Source: Macrostomum hystrix (Eukaryota; Animalia; Platyhelminthes). From it: 64,000 bases of DNA. The notes beneath the pieces are model-generated. The model saw only the letters and a program-made list of their open reading frames with translations. It did no database searches and was not told the origin of the DNA. Location of the stretch: assembly GCA_950097015.1 (NCBI GenBank), contig CATNEN010000008.1, positions 868,001 to 932,000 of the forward strand, written 5' to 3'. Below are positions 12,070 to 22,954 of this stretch, piece after piece. Made by a program: the position numbers and the translations under genes. The first letter of the stretch is position 1, and each line of letters opens with the position of its first letter.

Positions 12070-13968
12070 CAGTCAGTTATGAAAGAAAGCCTTATTCATA
12101 ACCCCCCAGCGAGACTGCTGCGGTGTTGATGGATATTGAGAAAAAATTCCCAATGCTCAAATATAAGAAGGAAGATTTCACTTTTTTCTCTTCCCTATTT
12201 TCTCATCTGCGTTTAACACACACTCCCCTGAGTTTCACCTTGCAGCAAGCCATCCGTTAACCCTCTAATTACCGTCACCCCGCCAGTCTTTCAGCCATCC
12301 CAAATTTCTAAAAACCCCAAGATCCCACAGAGTAGGACGGGATGTGTCACTCTCAACTGGGTCTTCAATAACAGGTGCGCTGGCCCCATTGTCAAATTCT
12401 AATAAGGAATTGCGGGAAACTTAAGGAATTTCAGGGGTAGAAGAAAATTAAAAGACGCTAAGTCTGAGTAATGAGATGATAGCGATGAGAGACAGGCGAG
12501 AAGAAGATAAAGAGGCCTTATGAAAGGGAATTGATATTGGCAATGCGTTTCCGAGATGCGGCTGGTAGCTCTTCAAGTGAAATTGTTGCCAAACTGACAT
12601 CGCCGAGTGGTGTCTCCAGGGTGTGGGGAGGCAAATCTGACCCGTTAGGCAGATGTGGCCGTAATTGAGGTCGGATTGCCTTCGGGAATGGGAAGTTTCA
12701 GAGCTTAATTGTGGATTAAAACATACTTTTACAAACAGAAGAGTAACAGACAGCTGAGAACAGGCAGTGATGGAGTGTGCAATAATCCTTGTTGTCATGA
12801 CCCACTTGAGGCATTGATAAACGGAAAAAATGTCTTTGTGTCTGACACCTTTGAATTGACAATCACGATCTTTAATTGGATGTTCGAAACATTCACCAAT
12901 ATCTCTTGACAATTGTAACTCAGAAAAAACCTAAAAACCTAATATAGAATATTTGAGAATAACGATTCTTAGAAACTAACGATTCTCAGAAACTAACATT
13001 TCTTAGAAACCAACGATTCTAAGAAACAAGCTATGCTTAGAAACAAATAGTTTAAAAGGACATGGTTTCGAGGACATCACGCTTGACAAAGTTTGAATTC
13101 CAGTTAATTGATATCCGTATTTCACTAAACTGCTTGACGTCTCTTTCGTAGACCTCTCAGAGGAGCTGGACAGTCATGAGGCGGCTGCTGCGGCATCGGC
13201 AGCCAACGTCGGTATGAGCGGAGCGGGTGGCAAGCGACGCCGTACCCGAACCAACTTCACGGCCTGGCAGCTGGATGAACTGGAGAGGGCCTTCAGGGAC
13301 AGCCACTACCCGGACGTGTTCATGCGGGAGGCGCTGGCGCTGAGGCTCGAGCTGGCCGAGTCGCGGGTGCAGGTTTGGTTCCAGAACCGGCGGGCCAAGT
13401 GGCGCAAGAAGGACAACACCAGGAAGGGTGAGTGTGACTGCCACAGTTTGTCTCAGGAATCGGCAATGTTCCAGTGAGTCTCATTGGCTCTGATTGAACT
13501 TAATCTTCGACAGGGCCGGGCCGGCCGGCGCACAATGCTCAGCCACGAAGCTGCTCAGGCGACCCAATCGACCCCGAGGAGCTGCGACGACGCGAGGCCG
13601 AGCGAGAGGAACGACGCAGCCGCCGAAGGCAGCAGCAGCAGCAGCAGCAGCGGCAGCAGCATCTGCTGCATCCGAACGAGGACGCCGAAGGCATGTCCCT
13701 GCTGACCTCCGAAGAGGACGACGATCGGGACGAGGTGGATGAGGCGGACGCTTCGCCGTCCGATGGTGACGCCAACGCGGCTGCGGCAATGTCGGACTCC
13801 GCTCAGAGGGGCCGCCTCAACGGCAGCTGCTTCACTATCGAGCGGCTGCTGCTGACAACCTCAGCTTCGTCAAAGATCATCGCGACTGCCTCCACTGAGG
13901 AATTGAACGCTAACAGGCTGGGCGATGGCTGCGGCAGCAGCAACAGCAGCACCAGTGACTGCCAGTGA
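7938..13968 (+). CDS. unc-4: UNC-4/Uncx paired-like (Q50) homeobox transcription factor, 3 exons, 375 aa
   Basis: Exons 7938-8334, 13152-13427 and 13514-13968 (1128 nt); GT-AG introns, both phase 1 and frame-consistent. Homeodomain at 13235-13414: [59 protein letters not shown]. Splicing restores the Uncx signature [26 protein letters not shown]-terminal eh1-like FTIERLL at 13831-13851; N-terminal poly-Ala and poly-Gln. Confidence 0.95.
8376..8952. mobile_element. Decayed hAT (Charlie/MER1-like) MITE filled with pyrimidine satellite, in unc-4 intron 1
   Basis: The right end gagttgcccacccctg (8937-8952) resembles the TIR of the 29937-30688 element. The left end retains only caacctccagccc...gcggccctc. 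No TSD recognised. Confidence 0.5.
8425..8905. repeat. Degenerate 15-16-bp pyrimidine satellite (tgtctcatctctccc/ttatctctccc)
   Basis: Irregular tandem of tctcatctctccc units; related to 1858-2200. Confidence 0.9.
9943..11080. repeat. 17-bp minisatellite (aaactagcgattctaag)n in unc-4 intron 1
   Basis: Period 17 with many point variants. Remnant copies at ~11465 and 12960-13030. Confidence 0.95.
12010..12068. repeat. (CAG)n microsatellite, ~19 units, intronic
   Basis: Perfect gca/cag run. Confidence 0.97.
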
Positions 13969-14456
13969 CAATCTTTTGAAGCTTCTAACTTAAACTGCCT
14001 GCTCCGTTAATGTGTCATTAGTGAATTGAGTTCTTTTTCTTGATGTCCAAAATGCCAGTAACACACGTGCGTATAAAACTATTTGCGCACTTTAACAAGC
14101 CCATTTTGTCCCGACTTGTTGCTATAGGGATTTGGGATTTTCGTTAGTTTTCAAAAAAGTCAAGTTGGTGTAAACGCAGATTCTTCTAAGATTTAAAGAA
14201 AAGCTTATCACTGGCACATTTCCGAAATTCGTAAATTTCTGCATTCCCTCGCATCGTCAATTTTCTTGTTTTGTTAATATCTAATGTATTGATGCTCCAT
14301 GCCATAAATTATGCAATATAAAGGACAGTGAATATGCGCGCTTCATCAGCAAAGCGAATGTTTCCATTTGATTTTTGGTTGCAATTCGCAACTCTTTATA
14401 AAGTTGACAAGGTCAGCTGTAAATATTAAACATTCTTGAACTCATCAGGTCATGTG

Positions 14457-14783
14457 AGGGCTGAGTGGCAGAGTGGTTAACACATTTGCCTCTCGCACCG
14501 AGGTCCCTGAGCTCGATTCCGCGACGAGGCGACATTCATTTTGGCGCAACCACGGAGAGAAGGCTTCTTGAGGATCAGCCTCGAAGGCACAGTGAAGTGT
14601 ACACGGTCCTACGATGAGAAAGTCGGGGCAGATGTACACACCTGTGTGTGCGTGTGCCTGCGTACAGTATCTGTGAGCGTGTGTGCTCAGGAGTCAGTGA
14701 AATGGGCAGAATTGCCTCCTCGCTGGCTGCGGGTCTAGTGTCACCAAATGATGTGCCATTGCCCATAGCAAATATTATTATTA
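14457..14783 (+). mobile_element. tRNA-derived SINE, copy A (full length)
   Basis: A-box gtggcagagtgg (14465), B-box-like agctcgattcc (14510), shared body (ggcacagtgaagtgtacac...gatgagaaagtc...gcagatgtacacacc...ggagtcag...ctcgctggctgcgggtct) and an (att)n tail. Confidence 0.8.
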
Positions 14784-15817
14784 CATCAGGTCAGGTGTCA
14801 AAGATGTTCAAAGCCACCATGACTAGTATTAGAAAGGAAAAAATGGGACCAAATTCCGTTATAGCTGCAGGATAAATTAAAAAGTGAGGCTGACAAGTGC
14901 AAATACAATTAATTAGTTTCCGAGGCTTGAGTTGGATTGGGCATAGCCTTGAGCTCACCTCTGCCAGCATTTCGCACTGCCAATTTCACCACCTTGAAGT
15001 TGTGGCTCATTCACGGGCAAACATAGAAAACATTTCCCTGTGCAAGCCTCTGATAAAAAAGACGTAGAAATGGCAGGTGAAATTAGTGCTCGGGTGGGGA
15101 TAACGAGAAAGGCATTTTGAGTCCGCATAATTGGTGCTTGCAAATTTCAAGCCAAGTGGGCGAGGCGCCCGGGCTGCAAGCGCCAGCCCGCAAGTCGTGA
15201 CCGGGAATTAACAGGTGGCTGGCCGAACAATCCGCCTTACCTTCCGTCTCTTCCTCACTCCTAATTAAATATTCCCGTGGGATGACGAACAACATCCCTG
15301 CAGGCCCGGGCTTCGTGCGAATGGGGAAGCGATTTTAGACAATAAAAATCCAACTCGGAATAGGGGAATAAGAAAATCGGGGGATATTGGGAGTAATGAG
15401 GAAGTGGGAGATGGGATATAGATGGGATTTGAGCAAACAGGGGGGTGGGGCGCAAAATTTCTTGTGCCAACAAGGGAGCAACTTTGAAGATGGGGCTCCA
15501 CGCGTTGGCTGGTTAGCCAAATCTTCATTTTTCTCTATATATATTTCACCACCAAACACACTGCCTATAGCTTTCTGTGTTAGCGCAAAAATCAGTGTCA
15601 CGTTGGGCAAACATGGCCACAACCCACCCGGGAGCGCGCATCTTGTCTTTCAGTGTTGGCAGGACTGCTAAATGATGATAATTATTATTATGAGCTCAAG
15701 GAAAACGGCAGCCAAAGAAGGGCAAATAGATTTCCACAAACTCCCCACACTGATCTTCTAATTATAAGCAGCAAATACAATTGTAACTAGGTCTGTGTTA
15801 ATCAGATTTCGAGAAAT

Positions 15818-17215
15818 ACCTGTGATTCTTACATTTCATGAGAAATGCATGTGATTCTTCCATTTCATCAGAAATCCTTGTGATTCCATCATCACATGAG
15901 AAATCCATGTGATTCTTCGATTTCATCAGAAATCTATGTGATTCTTCCATTTCATTAGAAAAGCATGTGATGCTTCCATTTCATGAGAAATCTATGTGAT
16001 TCTTCCATTTCATGAGAAAAGCATGTGATGCTTCCATTTCATGAGAAATCTATGTGATTCTTCCATTTCATGAGAAAAGCATGTGATGTGATTCTTCCAT
16101 TTCATGTGAAATCCGTGATTCTTCCATTTCATCAGAAATCTATGTGATTCTTCCATTTCATTAGAAAAGCATGTGGTTCTTCGATTTCATGAGAAATCTA
16201 TGTGATTCTTCCATTTCATGTGAAATCCGTGATTCTTCCATTTCATCAGAAATCTATGTGATTCTTCCATTTCATTAGAAAAGCATGTGATGCTTCCATT
16301 TCATGAGAAATCTATGTGATTCTTCCATTTCATGAGAAAAGCATGTGATTCTTCCATTTCATGAGAAATCTATGTGATTCTTCCATTTCATGTGAAATCC
16401 GTGATTCTTCCATTTCATCAGAAATCTATGTGATTCTTCCATTTCATTAGAAAAGCATGTGATTCTTCGATTTCATGAGAAATCTATGTGATTCTTCCAT
16501 TTCATGAGAAATCTATGTGACTCTTCCATTTCATGAGAAATCTATGTGATTCTTCCATTTCATGAGAAAAGCATGTGATTCTTCCATTTCATGAGAAATC
16601 TATGTGATTCTTCCATTACATGAGAAATCCATGTGATTCTTCCATTTCATTAGAAAAGCATGTGATTCTTCGATTTCATGAGAAATCTATGTGATTCTTC
16701 CATTTCATGAGAAATCTATGTGATTCTTCTATTTCATGAGAAAAGCATGTGATTCTTCCATTTCATTAGGAATCCATGTGATTCTTCCATTTCATGAGAA
16801 ATCCTTGTGATTCCATCATTACATGAGAAATCCTTGTGATTCCATCATTACATGAGAAATCCGTGTTTCTTTCATTTCATGCAAAATCTATGTGATTCTT
16901 CCATTTCATGAGAAATCCCTGTGATTCTTCCATTTCATGAGAAAAGCATGTGATTCTTCGATTTCATCAGAAATCCATGTGATTCTTCCATTTCATGAGA
17001 ACTCCTTGTGTTTCTTCCATTTCATGAGAAATGCATGTGTTTCTTCCATTTCATTATAGATCTGTGTTTCTTCCATTTCATTAGAAATCCATTTGATTCT
17101 TCCATTTCATCAGAAATCGATGTGATTCTTACGTTTAATTAGAAATCAATGGGATTCTTCCATTTCATGAGAAATCCATCTGATTCTACCATTTCATGAG
17201 AAATGCATGTAATTC
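15818..17215. repeat. 29-bp AT-rich minisatellite (tgtgattcttccatttcatgagaaatcta)n
   Basis: Period ~29, with alternating aaatcta/aaaagca variants; edges are degenerate. Confidence 0.95.
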
Positions 17216-17511
17216 TACCATAGGATGAGAAACGGAATGGATGTGATTATTCGATTTTATTTAAAGTTTAAGCAATTCACCGATTTTCTGAAAATATTCC
17301 TAAAATAGATAAGGATTTCACACACATTAACATAGTGTAGGCAAAGAGTTTCAAGGAAGACAAATAAGCGTCAGTTGAACAGTGCTCTCAAAGCTAAAAG
17401 CACTGCCACTTCAGAGACTTTTATTAAATGCCAATCTCGTAAGTAAAAATAGTATATTCACTTAAAAACTACTGCTAGTAGAAAGTTTATCCATAAAAAT
17501 AAATGCTTGGA

Positions 17512-18086
17512 TTACGAGTCGAAATCTAAGAAGTCATCAAAATGATTTTCCTCGCCAGTGCCATAGTCGGTGAGCAGGCAGTTTGAAGCCAGTTGGAAAC
17601 CAGTTTGAATTGGTTCTGGCGCAGAGTGGAACTTGGAACAGTGGGCGCAACGCCAGCTTAGGGTAGCCACTTCGCTGGCTAATGCCAAGCCATTGTGCCT
17701 GCCGCAGCCATTGCAGATAAGAGCGAGTGGCGGGTAAGATTCTAAACGGCCCGCGGCTCGGCAGCCAATCAGAATGCGCCAAATAAGAGAGGCCAAAGAA
17801 CTAATGAATTGGCAGTTAGACTGTTTTGATTGGTCCTGGCTTAACATTTTTTTACCAATCCCTGCTTGCCTAGACTCTGAGAAAGTTAAAAACGACAGGC
17901 GACGCAAGATAAAGGCTAAAAGGAGACAGGCCAGGAAAAAAAGCAGCTTTGAGTAGTACAACAATGCTACAACAAGGACTATAAGAGCAATCGCTGTGGT
18001 GGGGACTGGCAGTGAAGCAAATCTAGCAGTTTTGCAGAGCAGCGACAGCATGACCAGGATCATGACTGGTGAATGAAATTGTGCCT
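17512..18086 (-). CDS. Lunapark-like ER membrane protein (two TM helices + C-terminal zinc ribbon), compact paralog; terminal or only coding exon
   Basis: LIWRILIG...LALICNGCGRHNGLALASEVATLSWRCAHCSKFH matches the Lunapark ALICxxCxxHNG...xRCxxC zinc-ribbon pattern and follows two hydrophobic segments. Acceptor tttttcag| lies at 18087; minus-strand AATAAA at ~17420. The 5' exon or start is unresolved (candidate ATG in MILVML). Confidence 0.75.
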
Positions 18087-20333
18087 CTGAAAAATAGTTG
18101 GTAGATAGCAATAAAGTAACAAATAAATCTGGCTTTTTGTTCCAATGATTGAAATTATATACTCAATAAAATAGCTACATTTGAAAGAATACCTTTAGTT
18201 GGGCTTAGCTAGCTAAAAATGACAAAACTGATTCTTAAATGATAAAAGGACATTGCTATATATAAAAGAAGAAACATGTTCAAATGACAGCATGTTGAAT
18301 TTTAATAATAGAGATTTTCACTATGGTTAAAACTTCTGGGATATAAATGGGAATACAAAAAAATAAGACACATTCAAAACAATCTCAAAATACTGCAACC
18401 ATTGGCTATAAATGGTAAACTATAATTTATACTACTAACCTTATAATACAATATAAACATTATACACAGATTATTTCTTTAAGTGCAAGTTAAACTGGTT
18501 TGAGTAAAAAACTGTTAAAATCTTTGAATTTTGCAAGTTAGCTGAAAAAAGGTCAGTCAGTTCAGTGACAGTCAATTCGGCGACAGCAAATAGGGTTCTG
18601 CAAGAAATTATTTATATCAAGAGTTTAACTAGACATGACTTATATCAGTGACTAATTCTTTGGACATTTATTCTTTTTTTGTTTGAGTATTTTTATACAA
18701 ACAAGATTGGGATTTGGCACAAACAATGTGCTAGCAAATTCTGGTTTGTTTGCATACACGCGAGTTATTTTTGTTAGCAAGCAATGATATGTATTTTTCA
18801 TCGCGCAAAATTAAAAATGCATATATTCATCAAGAGCCCCACAACAAAATTATCTTCATTCCAATATACTCTACTTATAGTAGAGATGCAAAGAAATTAT
18901 TTGTTAATTCAAATCATTGTACCATCCAAAATTAGTAAAAGCATAGTAAATTAGTAAACCATGTACATGCAGCCAGTCAAATAATTCCTAAATGACATGT
19001 GAATTTTTTATGTGTTCATTCCACACACACTTCCACACAAACTAAGCAAAATAGGAATAAACCCACAAATTTGTTTTATTTAATAAATTTTTGTCGTAAC
19101 AAGCAAGCAGAGTTTTCAAAAGGGCTTTTTTGTTCAGTTTAATAACTAGGGCCTACTTGGAATTGGAATAGGCTTGGCTTGTTATAAGACCTTGTAGATG
19201 TGATACACATTACTTGTGTATAATTAACTATAAACAAATCATGAAATTGTCCTGTCTCACTACATTAATGACAGCTATAGCTTAGAACCCACAGGCTCTA
19301 CACAACAAATATTAATATTTAAAATATATCTAGTCAAAACACAACACAAAAATCAACAAAGTGATATCTATTTCTTTAACAATAAAAAGTCCCAACTTAA
19401 TTAGGTACCAGAGATTACCTAATGATCTCATTTAAACATCATTAAGTATTATACTATAGGAAGTCAAAAATTGTTAGGCCTAAGGTATTGTCATTGACAT
19501 GATAGACCTGTGAAACTGACAAGAATGACTGACTAGACCTACTAAGAATTTGCACAGACAATCAAAACCAAACCCAAGGCAAAATGCAAAGTGAAGTATA
19601 TCCATATTTTAATTAGTGTTGCTATAGTAGATTGATATAGATAACTAATTGATACGTTTTAATACATCATGACATGACACTACATGTTGAGGAAGGCAAT
19701 GGCTTTAACTGGCTGTAAACCTCTTCAACGTCACACTTGGTTTTGGTGAATGTGTAGGCCTACTTGAGTGACCAGCTCTTAGCTCTGCAGGGCCTTTAGC
19801 CGCATACCACTTTCAATCCAAGTCCCACAGACTCCGACTACATGAGATGACAATCATTCAGTAATTGTAATGATAAACTTTAAATTTCATTTTGCTGGCT
19901 TTGCTTTTTGTGTTAAATTCGAGAAATGATAAAAATGATACACAACAACAGAATTTTATTTATAAACGAATCTAAGCCTGTATAGAAATGCCTGCCGTGA
20001 ATGTAGCAAAACAGGAAAGAGACAAACGGTTACATTAGGCGCGCCGCGAAATGCTTCGAAATGAAGCAGATTGTGCTAATTATCACCGAGGAACTTCTAG
20101 AAGGTTTGATGTCCGAAAACTGCTTCACTAAGTGAAGGCGAGCTTCATTTGGATCATTGTCAGACTTTTATTAGATTCTCAGTGAACAGTGTTACTCTCT
20201 GGATCATCAAATCATATCGCAGGTGCCGATTCATTCAAATTAAGGACGTCAGTGAATCCGTTTAATTTCTGGGTTGATTTCAGCAGCACAAATATTTACT
20301 GATTTTAGGATTCTAAAATTGGCCAAGTCTACT

Positions 20334-21115
20334 ATGCTTCTACTTCTCCTGGCACTGCCTATTTCCATAGCAACTGCAGCCTTTGAGTTGCCGATTCGCA
20401 GGAGCCGAGTGCCCAGCTCCTGGCAGTCATCCTTCGATGACGGACTGACTTGCTTCAGCAACAGAAGCCTTGCTGATGAGGAAACATTGCAAAGAACAAA
20501 ACTTACAGCTACAGGTTCTTCCACAGCAAAAACAAATACTATGCAGACGGAGTGTTTCATTGGTTCGCAGTGCAGCTGAATGAGTCAGTGCTCATCAGAT
20601 CGGTCACTGTGAAGGGCAGAGAGGGTGAGTCACTGCTCAATTTCTTCCATGCACGTCAGCTTCCACTGCTTAGTCGTGAAGTTCTCACTTTTAGATGGCA
20701 TTAGGCCTACCTATGTCTACCCGAGAGCCAGAGACATCGAGATCTGGACATCGAGCAGCAGCAGTTAGCTGTTCTCAGGTGATCACTGCAGCTCAAGAAG
20801 CATGAGTAGCCAGTTCAAAAAGTCTCAGCAGCTCTGGAGACTGTGCAGCCTGACGGTGAGCAAGCAGAAGGATATCCAGATCCAGCCTGGTGAGATCTTC
20901 ACCATGAACTGCTCAGCGGAGGTGAGACCTGCTCTGTGCCTTGAGTTGTGCTCTGTTGAGTTCTGGATCCCACTGAGATTTCATCTGAACTCCAGGTCAG
21001 ACACTTGCTGCTGCGAAGGAACATCACAGCAAGCAACTTCTCCAGCTATGAGGACTACATGAGCTTCGCAGATCTCAGGCTTCAGACTGTGCAGCTGAGT
21101 GAGTTCGGGTCTTAA
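20334..21115 (+). pseudogene. Secreted F-type lectin (FTP)/F5-8 type C-like domain gene, 3 exons, with a frameshift and an in-frame TAG
   Basis: Signal peptide MLLLLLALPISIATAA. Exon 1 is 20334-20624 (frame change at ~20515 gives TG-FFHSKNKYYADGVFHWFAVQLNESVLIRSVTVKGRE). Exon 2 is 20695-20921 (DGIRPTYVYPRARDIEIW...TAG at 20766-20768...WRLC...GEIFTMNCSAE). Exon 3 is 20996-21115 (VRHLLLRRN...YMSFADLRL). GT-AG introns of 70 and 74 nt have matching phases; AATAAA at 21172. The motif order matches FTP domains (H-x/T, WWxVDL, I-xx-V-x-I-xx-R, RYVxI, LSFCEVEV). Confidence 0.65.
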
Positions 21116-21423
21116 AATGATTAAATATAGTAAAGATTGAACAAATAGTTTAATTTTAAGTCTTGCTGCACAATAAAAAGTTTAGACTTAACATAGTTAT
21201 ATATAATATTCTAGAGAAGATCTATGACCTCATATGTCATATAGGCTAAATAGTACGGATTTAAACTAAGAAATGATATAGCTGACGAACACTCCTACAT
21301 GATCTAGGCATATATTATGACCGAGATGATGAGTCACACTACTAAATCTTTAAGATCCCTTCGGTATTCTGTCTATAGCTTAAATGGCTAAATAGAACCT
21401 AATTCTTAGATCTCCAAGCTAAC

Positions 21424-21732
21424 TGTAGTGCGGCTGGAAATGTTCTTTTAAAATTGCGCTAAATATTTAATTGTTGCTATACAGTAACTATAGCGATTGC
21501 AAATAACATTATTATGTTATTAATTTCTACTTTTATGACCCTTGAAAATAATGCAAATATTAATTATAAATTATTTTAATCGTTGTCTAATTAAAATATA
21601 ATCGCACCAGTTTGAAAAGCGCGCTGCAATCGATTGTAAGTGTAAGGCGCGGCGCGGCGTGTAAACTGAAGACGTTAAATTGCTGTAGTAAAACTGTTTA
21701 AATTCGCGGCCTTCAAACCCAGTTATACTACA
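21424..21732 (+). repeat. 5' LTR
   Basis: Direct repeat of 27924-28232; TG...CA termini with 6-bp inverted ends. Confidence 0.98.
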
Positions 21733-21759
21733 TTTGGCGACCACGCCAGCTCTACTATT

Positions 21760-22026
21760 ATGTGGAACGACCAGAACCTGGATGACGACGATTTTTTGGA
21801 ACTCCGAGGTCGACTTGTGAGACGTCAAAACGGGCACGCTATTGACGCCACGGCAGCCGCAGCGTCATTCTATGAACCATCTGAATCCATGAGTGCGCGG
21901 TCACACTATCACTCTACCGGCCAGGCGACAAACCCGTTTCTGTCATCCGAGAATGTACGAGAGACAGAGATGCGGCATGCTCCGGTTTCATTCATATCGA
22001 CAAACCCATTCCTGCCGCATGTTTGA
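21760..22026 (+). CDS. 88-aa ORF directly after the PBS; probable N-terminal part of Gag in a different frame
   Basis: First ATG after the PBS. Contains two TNPFL motifs and ends GTT TGA C, overlapping the ATG (22019) of the main gag frame. Confidence 0.5.
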   Translation: MWNDQNLDDDDFLELRGRLVRRQNGHAIDATAAAASFYEPSESMSARSHYHSTGQATNPFLSSENVRETEMRHAPVSFISTNPFLPHV

Positions 22027-22954
22027 CCAGCATCCTCCAGCATTGAATCACCCGTTTTTCCAGTCGCCTCATCAGCAACATTGCCAACAGTTGTCAGAAT
22101 ATCAGGTTCAGCCACAGCGTTGTGTCCTGCCGCCGGTGCCAAAACCAGCTGCGTACAACGGTCGAGAGGATTTTGATGACTTTCTATTGCGAATTGGCGC
22201 CTACATGGGCCGTTTTCCCGGCCTTTTAGATTCAGACAAGGTCAGTACTCTGACGTCCTATCTTGGACCTGCTTTCATAACGTACACCACATGGCTGGCG
22301 ATGCAGTGCGCCCATTTTGGCCTCCCACCGAGCACAACACCGGACCAGCTGCCGGAACTTTCTTACGAGAACCTGGTCGAGCACCTCCGATCGCGTCACG
22401 GTGGCTCGAAAAGTGCTGCTCTTATTCGTCGCGAATTCCGTGCCCGGCAGCGTCGCCCCGAAGAGCGATTCGAGACATACCTGACGGAGCTACAGCGATT
22501 GGCGGCAAGGGCCTACCCGGACGTGAGAGCTCAAGCCTACGTACAGCAGATGGTCCTCGAGCAGTTCATGCACGGGCTCAACGACAACTATGTCACGGAG
22601 AGACTGCTGAACCAGCCAGTACCGCCAGGGACTGCGGAGCAAGCACTGCGAATTGCCCAACAGTTTCGCGAGACGCAGGCATACATGGCTACTGCCAGTA
22701 GCAGCACTGGATCAGGACGAGTATTTAGCAGTGAGTTTCTGCCAAAAAGCTTGCCAGTGCCACCTAAAGCTTCGGTGCAGCCTAAGCAACCTATTAACCA
22801 GCGGCCGATCTCATCTGAGAGGCGTGAGCAGCATCAGCCAGTAGCTGCAGGCCCAGTCTGTTTCGGCTGTAATCGACCAGGCCACATCCGACGCAACTGC
22901 CCAAACGCCGAGGGGGCTGGTCCACGAGGCCAGCACTGGCCCTCTCAGCACTAA
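22019..22954 (+). CDS. gag: Gypsy Gag (capsid-like region + CCHC zinc knuckle)
   Basis: PKPAAYNGREDFDDFL capsid start, VLEQFMHGL motif, and zinc knuckle CFGCNRPGHIRRNC. The frame is open from 21893, with its first ATG at 22019. Confidence 0.9.
   Translation: MFDQHPPALNHPFFQSPHQQHCQQLSEYQVQPQRCVLPPVPKPAAYNGREDFDDFLLRIGAYMGRFPGLLDSDKVSTLTSYLGPAFITYTTWLAMQCAHFGLPPSTTPDQLPELSYENLVEHLRSRHGGSKSAALIRREFRARQRRPEERFETYLTELQRLAARAYPDVRAQAYVQQMVLEQFMHGLNDNYVTERLLNQPVPPGTAEQALRIAQQFRETQAYMATASSSTGSGRVFSSEFLPKSLPVPPKASVQPKQPINQRPISSERREQHQPVAAGPVCFGCNRPGHIRRNCPNAEGAGPRGQHWPSQH

Noticed and set aside
14457-14535. tRNA gene (A and B boxes)
   Set aside because: No complete cloverleaf or acceptor stem can be drawn, and it continues into a repeated body and (ATT)n tail, so it is a SINE head.
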